The position numbers and the translations under genes are program-made. From contig JBGTBY010000031.1 in the NCBI GenBank assembly GCA_041749075.1, positions 20,342 through 84,341 of the forward strand: a stretch of DNA of 64,000 nucleotides, written 5' to 3'. Positions 1-9,791 of this stretch are shown here, in pieces. Each line of letters starts with the position of its first letter. The stretch's first letter is position 1. The DNA comes from Balneolales bacterium. GTDB lineage: Bacteria; Bacteroidota; Rhodothermia; Balneolales; HLUCCA01. The notes below the pieces were generated by a model. The model worked only from the letters and a program-made list of their open reading frames with translations. It had not been told where the DNA came from and searched no databases.

Positions 1-1087
1 CGTACAATCCGATCGGAATCATGATGGCGGCCGATGCGAGGTACATCCCCGTGTATTCGATTGTGAGAATTCCGGCCAGACCCATCGCCAACAGGGTGAA
101 TGTGAAATCGTACACCAACATGGGCCAAAGGGTCGCCCACCAAGCCCGACCCAATTCCTTCGCCCGCCCGTTTAACAATTCATGGGATATCCATGTCTCT
201 CGGAAAAAACCGGCCAAATTGTTCTGAACATAGGTGAATGGTGTGATGGGGAGCATCAGAAATCCGGCATACAAGACGGTCCAGTGTTGTTCGTCCACGA
301 ATATGCGTCCACCCATCAGATAGCCATACAGAATGGCTAATATCTTGATGAGGGGCAAGATCAGCACCAAAGGCCGAACGGATTTGCGACGTAAGAACAG
401 ACGTTGCTCGAAACCCAGAATCTGCCATTTTCCTTCATTTCGAGCCGTCGCGTTTTTCTTGGTCTTTGGCTGAATGATTTGCGCATCGAGATAGACATAC
501 ACCACCCAGGCAACGAGCGTCCAAGCTGTGGACAGCGCGAGGCGTGTCCAAGCATCCGATTCCAACCAAAATCCGATGAAGAAATACGCCGCCATCGTGA
601 AGGGAAGCACCGCCCACAAGGTCAGATTGTGAAACACATCCTTCATTTCCTGTTCGATGAACAACTTGGCCGCGCGCTCGGTTAGAACGGCACCAATAAA
701 ACCAACGAGAATCGCCAATGCCGACTTGTAATCGTAATACGCGCTCATGAACCACACCGAAAAAATGAACACGAAGGTGTACAGATAGAACAGATGCAAC
801 AGATCGTGAACTGTATTGGAGATGAGCCGGAATGGACGGTTGATGGGATAGGTTTCGCGGATGAAGCGCCCCGACGGTCGATACCCCGGGAAATAATTCA
901 CAAAAATGACCATGCTCAAAACCAGCGTCTGAAGCAAGAGGTCGGCTTGGGTGAATGAGATGTCGACACGAAACGAATCGACCATGGCATCCAGCAGATA
1001 TCCATAATACGCGCCATAGGCCACCACGAAAATCAGAGCGCCGGATCGGATGATGTTCAGCCAAATAGCATCATCCCCCAAGAACAT
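1..1087 (-). CDS. Polytopic membrane protein, probable permease partner of the adjacent ABC ATPase; C-terminus lies beyond the left window edge
   Basis: Own translation of the minus strand from ATG 1087-1085. The frame stays open to base 1 (no TTA/CTA/TCA in the corresponding plus-strand phase): MFLGDDAIWLNIIRSGALIFVVAYGAYYGYLLD...VLILPLIKILAILYGYLMGG... Several hydrophobic helices; starts 42 nt after the ATPase stop. Missing from the ORF track because no stop lies in the window. Confidence 0.65.
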   Translation of the reverse strand, partial: MFLGDDAIWLNIIRSGALIFVVAYGAYYGYLLDAMVDSFRVDISFTQADLLLQTLVLSMVIFVNYFPGYRPSGRFIRETYPINRPFRLISNTVHDLLHLFYLYTFVFIFSVWFMSAYYDYKSALAILVGFIGAVLTERAAKLFIEQEMKDVFHNLTLWAVLPFTMAAYFFIGFWLESDAWTRLALSTAWTLVAWVVYVYLDAQIIQPKTKKNATARNEGKWQILGFEQRLFLRRKSVRPLVLILPLIKILAILYGYLMGGRIFVDEQHWTVLYAGFLMLPITPFTYVQNNLAGFFRETWISHELLNGRAKELGRAWWATLWPMLVYDFTFTLLAMGLAGILTIEYTGMYLASAAIMIPIGLY

Positions 1088-1128
1088 CGCCCGTAATTTC
1101 ACCTTCGATAGAAATCGTACCGTTTCTC

Positions 1129-1884
1129 CTAATCCAGAAGCCATTGCAACGACTCCTGAGATTTGGGTTCCGATTTCAGAAGAGCGAATAAGGTCTTGTC
1201 GATCAACCCCGATCCGCTTTCTAAAAACGTAGGCAAGGTATCGTAAAACGCCAGCTGGCGCTGATGGATGACGGCCACGTGGCTCGCCATCTGTTCCACA
1301 TAGTTCAGATTGTGCGACGACACCAAAATCGCTCGACTCGGATTCAACCACAACGACAGAAACTGAATCAATACTTGGGATGCGGCCGGATCCAGCCCCG
1401 AAAAGGGCTCATCCAAAATCAATAGATCCGGTTTATGGAGCAGGGAAATGATCATCCCCAGCTTTTTCCGCATCCCTGCCGAATAGGTGCCGCAAGGCTT
1501 AGTCAGCTCCGAGGCATCATCAAAAAAGTATTCGAACAAGGTGCGGATGCGATGCTCTCGTTCCGTTTTCGGAATCCCATATAACATGCAAGCGAATTCC
1601 AGCTGTTCTTTGCCTGTCAACTCGTCGTGGATAAGTTCTTCCTCAGGCATCACGCCGATGCGTTTACGGATGTCGACCGTATCGGCAGGGTATCCCATAC
1701 CGAACAGTCTCACATCCCCTTTGGTTTTGGGAATCAAATCCAGCAGGATGTGGATGAGGGTCGATTTTCCAGCCCCATTGTTGCCAAGCAGACCGACACA
1801 AGTGCCGGGATGGATGGTCATCGACAAGTCTTCCAAAACCTGCTTCTTTCCATAGTTTTTGTAAACGTGTGAAACCGTGACCAT
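1129..1884 (-). CDS. ABC transporter ATP-binding protein
   Basis: Walker A GNNGAGKST, signature-like YSAGMRKKL, Walker B LLILDEPFSGLD, H-loop SSHN. Confidence 0.9.
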   Translation of the reverse strand: MVTVSHVYKNYGKKQVLEDLSMTIHPGTCVGLLGNNGAGKSTLIHILLDLIPKTKGDVRLFGMGYPADTVDIRKRIGVMPEEELIHDELTGKEQLEFACMLYGIPKTEREHRIRTLFEYFFDDASELTKPCGTYSAGMRKKLGMIISLLHKPDLLILDEPFSGLDPAASQVLIQFLSLWLNPSRAILVSSHNLNYVEQMASHVAVIHQRQLAFYDTLPTFLESGSGLIDKTLFALLKSEPKSQESLQWLLD

Positions 1885-1907
1885 ACTTATTCTGATTCCT
1901 TCTTAAG

Positions 1908-2426
1908 TTGTCCATTATGACCAAACGCTACGAAGATACCCCGCCTGTATCCACTTCCGCTAAGGATAAAACCGTGGCGGCATCCCGCATCCGCACCAAT
2001 GAATTGGTGTTGCCGAATGATACCAATCCGCTTGGTAACATGATGGGAGGGCGTTTGCTGCATCTGATGGATATCTGCTCTGCGATTTCGGCACAACGGC
2101 ATTGCAATCGCAGTGTGGTGACGGTCTCGGTAGACAGTGTCGAGTTCAGACATCCGATCAAACTAGGTGAAGTGGTGGTGATTGAGGGTGAAGTGACCCG
2201 TGCGTTCAAATCGTCGATGGAAGTGGCGCTTCAGGTCTGGGCCGAAAACCTGCGAGCCGGAACGCGCAAGTTGTGCACCACATCCTATTATACATTTGTG
2301 GCGGTAGACTCGGATGGAAAGCCCATTCCCGTTCCGCCGGTGATTCCGGAGACCGAGTTCGAAAAGCGTCGATATGATGAAGCCGAGAAGCGTCGCGCCG
2401 ACCGCCTCTCTACTTCAAGAGCGTGA
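1908..2426 (+). CDS. Acyl-CoA thioesterase (hotdog fold, YciA/BFIT-like)
   Basis: NELVLPNDTNPLGNMMGGRLLHLMD...VVTVSVDSVEFRHPIKLGEVV pattern typical of acyl-CoA hydrolases; 172 aa. Confidence 0.8.
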   Translation: MSIMTKRYEDTPPVSTSAKDKTVAASRIRTNELVLPNDTNPLGNMMGGRLLHLMDICSAISAQRHCNRSVVTVSVDSVEFRHPIKLGEVVVIEGEVTRAFKSSMEVALQVWAENLRAGTRKLCTTSYYTFVAVDSDGKPIPVPPVIPETEFEKRRYDEAEKRRADRLSTSRA

Positions 2427-5313
2427 TGATCCGAGTTACGACGACATCATCTGTGGTGAGTCGTACGACATAAGCACCCGTGGCCAGTCCCGACGCATCA
2501 AATTCAATGCGATGTTCTCCTGCCCCAAACGTTCTGTTGGCCAACTCGGTCACGTGCCTTCCTAGCATGTCGAACACATCCACCTTCACTGTTGAAAAGC
2601 GGGTGTTCGTGAATCGGATGGTCGTGCCCGGATTGAACGGGTTCGGATAATTAGGCAACAAGGCCACTTCGGTCGGACTATCGATCCATGGCGGACCCGA
2701 AACACCGAATCCGACCGTCGATACCTCGAACACACGTTTGGCTCGCGCAGCGGCGATCTGGGCACGCAGAATGGGCAGTGTCTCCCCGAAAGCGATCACA
2801 AATCCGACAATCATCTCCTGTTGCGGCGCCAGCATGAATGATCCAGATGCTGTAGCCATCGCCACATCCGTGTTCGAAACGCTTGTATTCATGGTACCCG
2901 CTCTCAACGACCATAATTTTTCTTGTCTGGTGTAGCCGTCTTGACTCGCATTGTTGCTCGCGAAATAGGTCCCGAAATTCAAGCTATCCACAACGCCATC
3001 ATAGGCGTTATCAATCGCAAGTGCGCTGGTGATCGGTCCCAAATGAGCGATGGCGACATATGGATAAGTGTCCGTCTGATCCGGCGAATACGCATACAGG
3101 ATGGAATCTTCGGCAGAATACGCGACCGTATTATCCTCAAAATCTCCGATATCCCAATCGGCAAACAATCCGGCACGAACATTTCGCATCAATTCGGACG
3201 AGGTGTTTCGAATGGAATATTTCACGAAAACAGAACGATTTACCGCGGCTTCCTTGAACGCATACACTTCCTGAATCACTTCAAGTGATGGGGAAGCCGG
3301 GAAACCCGCGGATGTGAATATCGCCACGCCATCCGCATCTGAAATCAATCCAGGTTCCTTCACGGTGAAGGCCGCTTTCGGACGGAAATGGTTGTCGGAT
3401 ACGTTTGTGCTTCGTACCTGATTCACCATGAACACACCACGTTCGGATGTCATTGAAATCATCAATCCGGCTTCATATAGAATGCTTTCCAGCTGCAAAA
3501 GCCCATTGGAGGTTTCCACAATAGGTTGAAATCCAATGCCACCAGATCCGGATGTCGCGCTCTCATATCCGATGGTTCCATTTGTTGCGAATGACGTCAC
3601 CGCACGGTTCACATCAATCACATCGTAGAGGAAATCCTCAAAGGCGACAACCTCGAAATCGGTATACGTTGTGCCCGTGTCGCTCATCATCAGGCGGACC
3701 GTAGGCGTTTCGGTGAAATTGAAATTTTCTTGTATGAAGATCGGGATGTCGATTTGCACTGAACCCCCAGTTTGAATGACCCCGACTGCGATTGCCGACC
3801 CCGATCCCACTGTCATATTGTTGTTCAAGGCCACGGGTTGAATCGAAAACGATCCGCTCGTTGGTGCGCCATGATTGATGAGTGTCAATCGGATATTGCC
3901 ATCTTCGCCGAAACTCAGTTTGCTTCCATCATCCGCCAAAAATCGCACATTTGTGACCTCGACGCCGGGTAATGGGGTTGTCACGGCACGGCTCGCATCC
4001 ACCTTTCCTTTGCCCAGCTTAAAGGCCACATTCAGACTGTTCCCGCCATAAACCGCATTGTTGGCTGAGGATCGAATTTGTTGACGCACACGATCTGGCG
4101 ACCAGCTAGGATGCTGATGCCGCACCAGGGCCGCGATTCCAGCCACAATCGGACTTGCCATGGACGTGCCTGAGTTCAACGCATATCCATTGCCAAGAAC
4201 GGTGCTCAACACACTAGTGCCACGCGCCATCACATCCAGATCAAAGCCAAATGAGGAGAAGGTGGATCGGATGTCGTTCGATTGGATGGCACCGACCGAT
4301 AGCACTTCGGGATAGGATGCGGGATAAAAACTGGTCTCCGTATTCGTGTTCCCTGCCGCGCCTACAATCAGCGAACCCAGCGAATGGGCGAACGTCACCA
4401 CATCTTGGCCGAATGCGGAAACATTGGTTCCACCGAAGCTGCAATTGATCACATCCGCACCATATAGGGCGGCATAGAGGATGCCTTGATACCCATAACC
4501 GATGCTGGTAGGCTCGGCCACCGTACCGCCTACTCTCACAATCATGTACGTGCTGTTGAAGCCGGTTCCTGCGATGCCAATGCCATTATTGGTGTTGGCC
4601 GCGGCTAGCCCGCCCACATGGGTGCCGTGGTCGGAGCCGTTCGGTCTCGGATCGGCGTTCTGTTCCGGATTGTTGATCGGTCCGCTGTTCCAAAAATTCC
4701 ACCCGATCGTGTCGTTCGCGATATGTGAGAAAATCGGTGATAAGGTCGCAATCAATCCCGGATTCGGATTTCGCCAGTGCTTGCCTGCCAAATCCGGATG
4801 CAAGTAATCCGTTCCGCTATCCACGATGGCGATGATGATGTCGGATGAACTTTGTGTGACATCCCAAGCCGAAAACACACCGTGATTGGCGAAATAATCA
4901 TGTCCGTTTTGGCCGATGCGCGGATCGTTCGGAATCAGTTGCGTATGCAACACATATTGAGGCTCGGCATACGCCACACCTGGAAGTTGTGCCAGTTTGG
5001 ATGCCACAAACGCCGGGTCCAGATCGCTCGCATACCGGATCTCATAAGTACGCTCCAGATCATCCGGCACATCCAATCCTTTCATCCGGCGGGACTCGCC
5101 AGGCTGTAAAACCGGTGTCATGTCCGTCATCCCATACAAACGAAGAACGGACAAAACGCGATCGCTAGGGTCGGATGACCCAGGAGTAGCCTTTCGAGCC
5201 GCATCAACCGTTTCAAATTTAAGATAGAGTCGACCAGGCACGGCTTCTTGTGCCATCAGGGGAAACGTGCCTAAACAGACACTTAGGAGTAGGAATATGC
5301 GCACAATCATCAT
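2410..5313 (-). CDS. S8 (subtilisin-family) serine peptidase with T9SS type-A C-terminal sorting domain
   Basis: Signal peptide. Catalytic triad motifs AIVDSGTD (Asp), DHGTHVGG (His), SGTSMASP (Ser). C-terminus LLPNYPNPFNPGTTIRF...VFDMLGRHV... Confidence 0.9.
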   Translation of the reverse strand: MMIVRIFLLLSVCLGTFPLMAQEAVPGRLYLKFETVDAARKATPGSSDPSDRVLSVLRLYGMTDMTPVLQPGESRRMKGLDVPDDLERTYEIRYASDLDPAFVASKLAQLPGVAYAEPQYVLHTQLIPNDPRIGQNGHDYFANHGVFSAWDVTQSSSDIIIAIVDSGTDYLHPDLAGKHWRNPNPGLIATLSPIFSHIANDTIGWNFWNSGPINNPEQNADPRPNGSDHGTHVGGLAAANTNNGIGIAGTGFNSTYMIVRVGGTVAEPTSIGYGYQGILYAALYGADVINCSFGGTNVSAFGQDVVTFAHSLGSLIVGAAGNTNTETSFYPASYPEVLSVGAIQSNDIRSTFSSFGFDLDVMARGTSVLSTVLGNGYALNSGTSMASPIVAGIAALVRHQHPSWSPDRVRQQIRSSANNAVYGGNSLNVAFKLGKGKVDASRAVTTPLPGVEVTNVRFLADDGSKLSFGEDGNIRLTLINHGAPTSGSFSIQPVALNNNMTVGSGSAIAVGVIQTGGSVQIDIPIFIQENFNFTETPTVRLMMSDTGTTYTDFEVVAFEDFLYDVIDVNRAVTSFATNGTIGYESATSGSGGIGFQPIVETSNGLLQLESILYEAGLMISMTSERGVFMVNQVRSTNVSDNHFRPKAAFTVKEPGLISDADGVAIFTSAGFPASPSLEVIQEVYAFKEAAVNRSVFVKYSIRNTSSELMRNVRAGLFADWDIGDFEDNTVAYSAEDSILYAYSPDQTDTYPYVAIAHLGPITSALAIDNAYDGVVDSLNFGTYFASNNASQDGYTRQEKLWSLRAGTMNTSVSNTDVAMATASGSFMLAPQQEMIVGFVIAFGETLPILRAQIAAARAKRVFEVSTVGFGVSGPPWIDSPTEVALLPNYPNPFNPGTTIRFTNTRFSTVKVDVFDMLGRHVTELANRTFGAGEHRIEFDASGLATGAYVVRLTTDDVVVTRIITLLK

Positions 5314-5347
5314 GTATGGAATCTACCGTTAACAATTCAATTTCGAG

Positions 5348-5355
5348 TATATTTG
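5348..5355 (+). promoter_or_regulatory. Candidate Bacteroidetes-type -7 promoter box (TAnnTTTG) upstream of ppx
   Basis: TATATTTG lies 35 nt upstream of the 5390 start codon, in the divergent intergenic region. Confidence 0.3.
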
Positions 5356-5389
5356 TTCCGGACCCAATCATCACCACCTTCCACTCCGC

Positions 5390-6970
5390 ATGCTTGAAAG
5401 CCAGGAATCCATTGCCCGGACGCGTCGCATAGCGGCAATTGACCTAGGTACAAACTCGTTTCACGCCGTAATCGTTGACATTTCTCCAGACGGCCGCTAT
5501 TCCACCATCGATTCATTAAAAGAAATGGTGTTGCTCGGGAAGGATGGATTGGGTCAGAGTTTGTCGGATGAGGCCATTGAGACAGGTTTGGAAGCTCTGC
5601 AAAAAATCAAAACTCTGTGCGACAGCTACAAAGTGGAAGTGATTCAGGCCTATGCCACATCCGCCATCCGCGAAGCATCCAACGGCGGCGATTTCATCCA
5701 ACGGGCGATTGATGAAGTTGGAATCAAGATTATGGCGATTCCCGGCCAAACCGAAGCGGAACTGATCGCCCTTGCGGTGCAACACGGACTGGTGTTGGGG
5801 GAGGATCCCGTATTGATCATGGATATCGGAGGCGGGAGCACGGAATTCATCATTGGAAATCAGCGGGATGTGTTTTTTTTGGATTCAAAAAAACTCGGTG
5901 TTTCGAGGATACACAGTGAGTTTGTGACATCCGATCCGCTCAGCAAGAAAGACATCCGCCATCTCGAATCGTTTTATGTGACCAAATTGGGTGAGTTGAT
6001 GGAAGCGATAGAGGAATACCCCGTTGAAACCTTGGTCGGGACGTCCGGGACCATGCAGAACATCGCGATGATGATGGCGCATCTGAAGAAAGCGGATACA
6101 TCGGCGACATTGAACGAATTTGTTTACTCTGCCGACGAATTCAAGCTGTTCTATAAGAAATTCATGGATATGACCTCGCGTCAGCGAGCGTTGTTGCAAG
6201 GGTTGGATCCGAAGCGGGTGGATCTGGTGGTTCCGGGGATGGTGTTGTTGAATACGATCATTACGGTGCTCGGAATCAAGAAAATCCGGACGTGTACCAT
6301 GGCGATGAGGGAAGGAATTATTCTGAGGTACATCCGCCGGGAATACAAAGAACTGAAATTGTTGGTGGAATTTCCGGATCCGCGCCGGCGAAGCATCCAT
6401 GAGTTGTTGAGAAAGTGCAATTGGCACGAACAGCATTCGAGCCATGTAACCCTCCTCGCCCTGCAACTCTTCGATGCCTTGAAAGCCTGGCATCCTCTCA
6501 CAACAGCGGACCGCGAACTCCTGGAATTCGCCGCGCTCACCCACGATATCGGCTACCATATTTCCCATCACAAACATCATAAACACGCGCTTTACATCAT
6601 CCTGAACGCCGATCTGAAAGGCTTCACGCAGGACGAGATCGACATCATCGCACATGTGGCTCGTTACCACCGACGCAGCGTTCCCAAATCATCGCATAAA
6701 CAATTCGACCTGCTTAGCCCGGACCAAAAACGTCGCGTACGCGCGCTTTCCGGGTTATTGCGTGTCGCCGACGGTCTCGATCGCTCCCACTTCCAAAATG
6801 TGCAAGATTTGACCGTGAGCGTCGGGGCGGCACATGTGACCTTGCTCATCAAAACCATGATCGATCCTCAATTGGAGATCTGGGGAGCCATGCGGAAGCG
6901 CGAATTGTTCGAAAAGTTGTTCGGTCGCGAACTTCGGATCGAACGCATCGAAACGTTTGACGCCGGGTGA
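5390..6970 (+). CDS. ppx: Ppx/GppA-family exopolyphosphatase / pppGpp phosphohydrolase with C-terminal HD domain
   Basis: ASKHA N-terminus IAAIDLGTNSFHAVIV and DIGGGSTEF; HD region LTHDIGYHISHHKHHKH. Confidence 0.85.
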   Translation: MLESQESIARTRRIAAIDLGTNSFHAVIVDISPDGRYSTIDSLKEMVLLGKDGLGQSLSDEAIETGLEALQKIKTLCDSYKVEVIQAYATSAIREASNGGDFIQRAIDEVGIKIMAIPGQTEAELIALAVQHGLVLGEDPVLIMDIGGGSTEFIIGNQRDVFFLDSKKLGVSRIHSEFVTSDPLSKKDIRHLESFYVTKLGELMEAIEEYPVETLVGTSGTMQNIAMMMAHLKKADTSATLNEFVYSADEFKLFYKKFMDMTSRQRALLQGLDPKRVDLVVPGMVLLNTIITVLGIKKIRTCTMAMREGIILRYIRREYKELKLLVEFPDPRRRSIHELLRKCNWHEQHSSHVTLLALQLFDALKAWHPLTTADRELLEFAALTHDIGYHISHHKHHKHALYIILNADLKGFTQDEIDIIAHVARYHRRSVPKSSHKQFDLLSPDQKRRVRALSGLLRVADGLDRSHFQNVQDLTVSVGAAHVTLLIKTMIDPQLEIWGAMRKRELFEKLFGRELRIERIETFDAG

Positions 6971-7004
6971 CGCAATCTGTCACTCCTAGGATGTACTTTC
7001 TGTC

Positions 7005-9791
7005 ATGTCGTTCCAATTCATCACATCCCCCCGCACCCAAGACCTGGCTTTCGAGCTGGAAAATGGCGTAAAATCCGATCATCTGATCCTTGTCGGGTCG
7101 CAGTTGATGGAACGGATGTTGCGCCGCCGACTTCAGCAAGTACTTAAAGGTCCTGCCCCCGCCATTCGCGTGTTGGAAAACTGGCTCGAAGAGCAAGCCA
7201 TGATTTGGGATGAGGGCGAACAGCGGATTGTGGTGAGTCCGAAAGAAGTGGAATTGTTGTTCGACTATTGGTTGGAACACCACGATACATCAGGCCTATC
7301 GTTACGGTTTCCGGACATGGTAGCCGCTCTCGCATTGTGGTTGGTTCAGATGGCTCGTGGCGGGCTCGATCCGCGTGAAATTGGCATCAGCGGCAGTCCG
7401 ATTCTAAAGGTGATGGCAGATTTCTCGGGATGGATGTCGTCCAAATCCTATCGCATCCGCGAATCCTTGCCCGGCGCGGCGGACACATCCCGATACAAAC
7501 GGGTGTGGCTGTACCAGGTGGATCATCTGTTTCCGGTGCAATTTCAAGCGCTCAGCCGGTTTCAGGAAAAACTCACAGTTTTGTTATGCACTCCGGAAAC
7601 GGCGAGTCCGAACTATGTGTCATCTCATTTAAGGCACTGGAATCAGTCGCAGGCGACCCCAACCCCCGCCGCCCCGCCCAGAGTTCGAATGCAGTCGTTC
7701 CCCACGCCACACGACGAAGTGAGCGCCGTGATCGAACGACTCTTCGATGCTTTGGCTGCAGATCCAAGCTTCTCTCTGAGCGATGTCGTGGTTCTGGTGT
7801 CGGACTTGGCGCTGTATCGCCCCCACATCGAAACCCTGGGCCGTTTGTATTCCATGCCCGTGCAATGCTCTCAAGGCGATACACTGCGCTCGAACCCCAT
7901 CCTGAACCGGTTCGCCAAATTGCTGCGTCTGCGGCTGAACGGATTTCACATGACCGACATCATGGAAGTGTTTGGCGACAAACTCATTCTATTTCCCGGA
8001 GCGACATCCCGGGATGTTCGACACGTCTATCAAAATTGTGTGAAGCGGAACAAACAGACACTGCGAGATGCTGGACCGGATGTGTTGCCGGGTCTGACGG
8101 TCCTGTTCGGGAATGACAAGCCGCGTCCGTTATCGAAATGGTGTGTCGCGCAGATCGATTTGCTAGGTCGATTCAAGACCGAAGCCGATAAGGAAACCCG
8201 GACGCGGAAAGAACAATTCGTGGAACTGGTAAAGGAGTTCGGTGCGACCTATGAAAAGCTAGGATTGGACCCCATGCTTTCCGAATCGGCCTTTTTTCAT
8301 GCGTTTGATGCCTTTTTGAGCGGAAAGCCGGAACGGACAGAAGACAAGCCGGGTGCGCTGCTTTTCACCGAAATCCATCACTTTCCGGATGTGCATGGAA
8401 AGTTGGCGATCGTGATTGGCCTGACCGACAAACTCCACCCCGGCCGCGCCGAACATCCTATCCTCATGCGGTTAGGAGCCGAGTTGGGCAAGCTCGTGGA
8501 AGATCACACACCCGATCCCTTCCTCGAAGCCCGGCATCACCTCGAACGCATTTTTCAATCGGCAAAAGACATCTGGATGAGTTACCCCGAATCCATCAAC
8601 GATGCCAAAACCACACCCGGCATGTTATGGACCGACGCCGCGTCCCGTTTCCCTAGCTCCATTCCCTGGCCGGCCGCGTCGGGCAAGGTCTGGGACCTCA
8701 CCTCCGCCCGAGTCCTTAGCGGTGATCCGTTGGCCCAGCTTCTCGCGATCATCGGCGCCGAGCGGCGCATGGCTGAGCCGCTTGGCGTCTACGACGGAAT
8801 CCTGTCCACTCCGTATGTGAAAGCCCTCGCTTGGAACCGCATCACCGTCGACGGCGTGCTACCATTATCCAATTCCCGCCTCGACACCTATTCATCCTCT
8901 CCCTTCGATTTCCTGTTCCACTATGTGTTGCGGATCGGCGAAGACGAACGCTTCCGAGACGATGCCGATGTCCGCGTGAAAGGCACGGTTCTGCATCAGA
9001 TCTTGCAAGAATTTCATTCATTGGGCATCTGGCCGGATGAATCCCGATTCGATGAGGCCCTTCGTGCGATTCGCACCATCGCCGATCGTGTAATGGACCA
9101 ACATGCGGATGATCTCGGCTCGCCAGATTCTCCGTTTCCAAGCATGTTCTGTCGACAAGTGATGGCGCTGCTTCCATGGATCCTGAAAGGGGAGACCGAA
9201 CGAATGCCGGTTATCGCACTCGACGGCTTCCGCCCGAAACATCTCGAAATGAAATGGGAAGAGGATTGCGAGATCGCTGGCACGCCCGTCCGATTTAATG
9301 GCATCATCGATCGGGTGGATGTCGCCGAGAATAGTGAGGAAGCCCTCATCATCGATTACAAAACCGGAAGCTCAAAACAACCCGACAGCAAGGATATCGA
9401 AGCGGGTCAGGCGTTTCAGATGGCGTTGTATTGGTGGATTTTGAGAGAACGAGGACTGCGTCCAATCGCATCCGCCTATTGGAAACTTCCAATCCATAAA
9501 GGTCGCGCGGGTATGGAATGGCAAGAGGTTTTGCTAGCGGAAGAAAAATGCTCGAACACGAGAAGACGGAAGAGTATCCGTCCGTTGGATGAGAACGACG
9601 AGATCGTGGACCGTGTGATTGATGAGCATATTCCGCAAATCATCCTCGGAATTCGAAACGGTCATTTTCCGCTTCCGATACAAAGAGAGACCTATCCGAG
9701 TCCATATGTCATCGCTCGTCGTTGGAACGAAGCGGTTCAGGTTGCACGAGGTGCCGAAAGCACAGATGAGGAGGATTCTGATGATGAATGA
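7005..9791 (+). CDS. AddB-like PD-(D/E)XK nuclease subunit of a helicase-nuclease (no Walker A seen)
   Basis: 928 aa. C-terminal nuclease motif GIIDRVD...ALIIDYKTG. Overlaps the downstream UvrD-family gene by 11 nt. No GxGKT motif. Confidence 0.7.
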   Translation: MSFQFITSPRTQDLAFELENGVKSDHLILVGSQLMERMLRRRLQQVLKGPAPAIRVLENWLEEQAMIWDEGEQRIVVSPKEVELLFDYWLEHHDTSGLSLRFPDMVAALALWLVQMARGGLDPREIGISGSPILKVMADFSGWMSSKSYRIRESLPGAADTSRYKRVWLYQVDHLFPVQFQALSRFQEKLTVLLCTPETASPNYVSSHLRHWNQSQATPTPAAPPRVRMQSFPTPHDEVSAVIERLFDALAADPSFSLSDVVVLVSDLALYRPHIETLGRLYSMPVQCSQGDTLRSNPILNRFAKLLRLRLNGFHMTDIMEVFGDKLILFPGATSRDVRHVYQNCVKRNKQTLRDAGPDVLPGLTVLFGNDKPRPLSKWCVAQIDLLGRFKTEADKETRTRKEQFVELVKEFGATYEKLGLDPMLSESAFFHAFDAFLSGKPERTEDKPGALLFTEIHHFPDVHGKLAIVIGLTDKLHPGRAEHPILMRLGAELGKLVEDHTPDPFLEARHHLERIFQSAKDIWMSYPESINDAKTTPGMLWTDAASRFPSSIPWPAASGKVWDLTSARVLSGDPLAQLLAIIGAERRMAEPLGVYDGILSTPYVKALAWNRITVDGVLPLSNSRLDTYSSSPFDFLFHYVLRIGEDERFRDDADVRVKGTVLHQILQEFHSLGIWPDESRFDEALRAIRTIADRVMDQHADDLGSPDSPFPSMFCRQVMALLPWILKGETERMPVIALDGFRPKHLEMKWEEDCEIAGTPVRFNGIIDRVDVAENSEEALIIDYKTGSSKQPDSKDIEAGQAFQMALYWWILRERGLRPIASAYWKLPIHKGRAGMEWQEVLLAEEKCSNTRRRKSIRPLDENDEIVDRVIDEHIPQIILGIRNGHFPLPIQRETYPSPYVIARRWNEAVQVARGAESTDEEDSDDE

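Noticed and set aside
435-1064. 209-aa minus-strand ORF from the track.
   Set aside because: It is out of frame with a fully open membrane-protein frame covering 1-1087 on the same strand, and its composition is not protein-like.
2410-2426. Convergent gene-end overlaps (thioesterase/S8 protease by 17 nt; rhodanese/rho by 4 nt at 20467-20470) as possible antisense regulation.
   Set aside because: Short 3'-end overlaps are common in compact genomes, and I found no associated structure or repeat.
5871-5900. Homopolymer tracts of 8 nt inside CDSs (T8...A7 in ppx at about 5873-5897; A8 in fic at about 13352; A8 at about 45411; A8 at about 17113) as phase-variation switches.
   Set aside because: The tracts are short, encode ordinary FF/KK dipeptides, occur in unrelated housekeeping genes, and are not repeated in promoters of surface genes.
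9619-9780. N-terminal 54-codon extension of the helicase ORF.
   Set aside because: It would overlap the upstream nuclease gene by 173 nt. The in-frame ATGATG at 9781 gives the normal distance to the Walker A motif.
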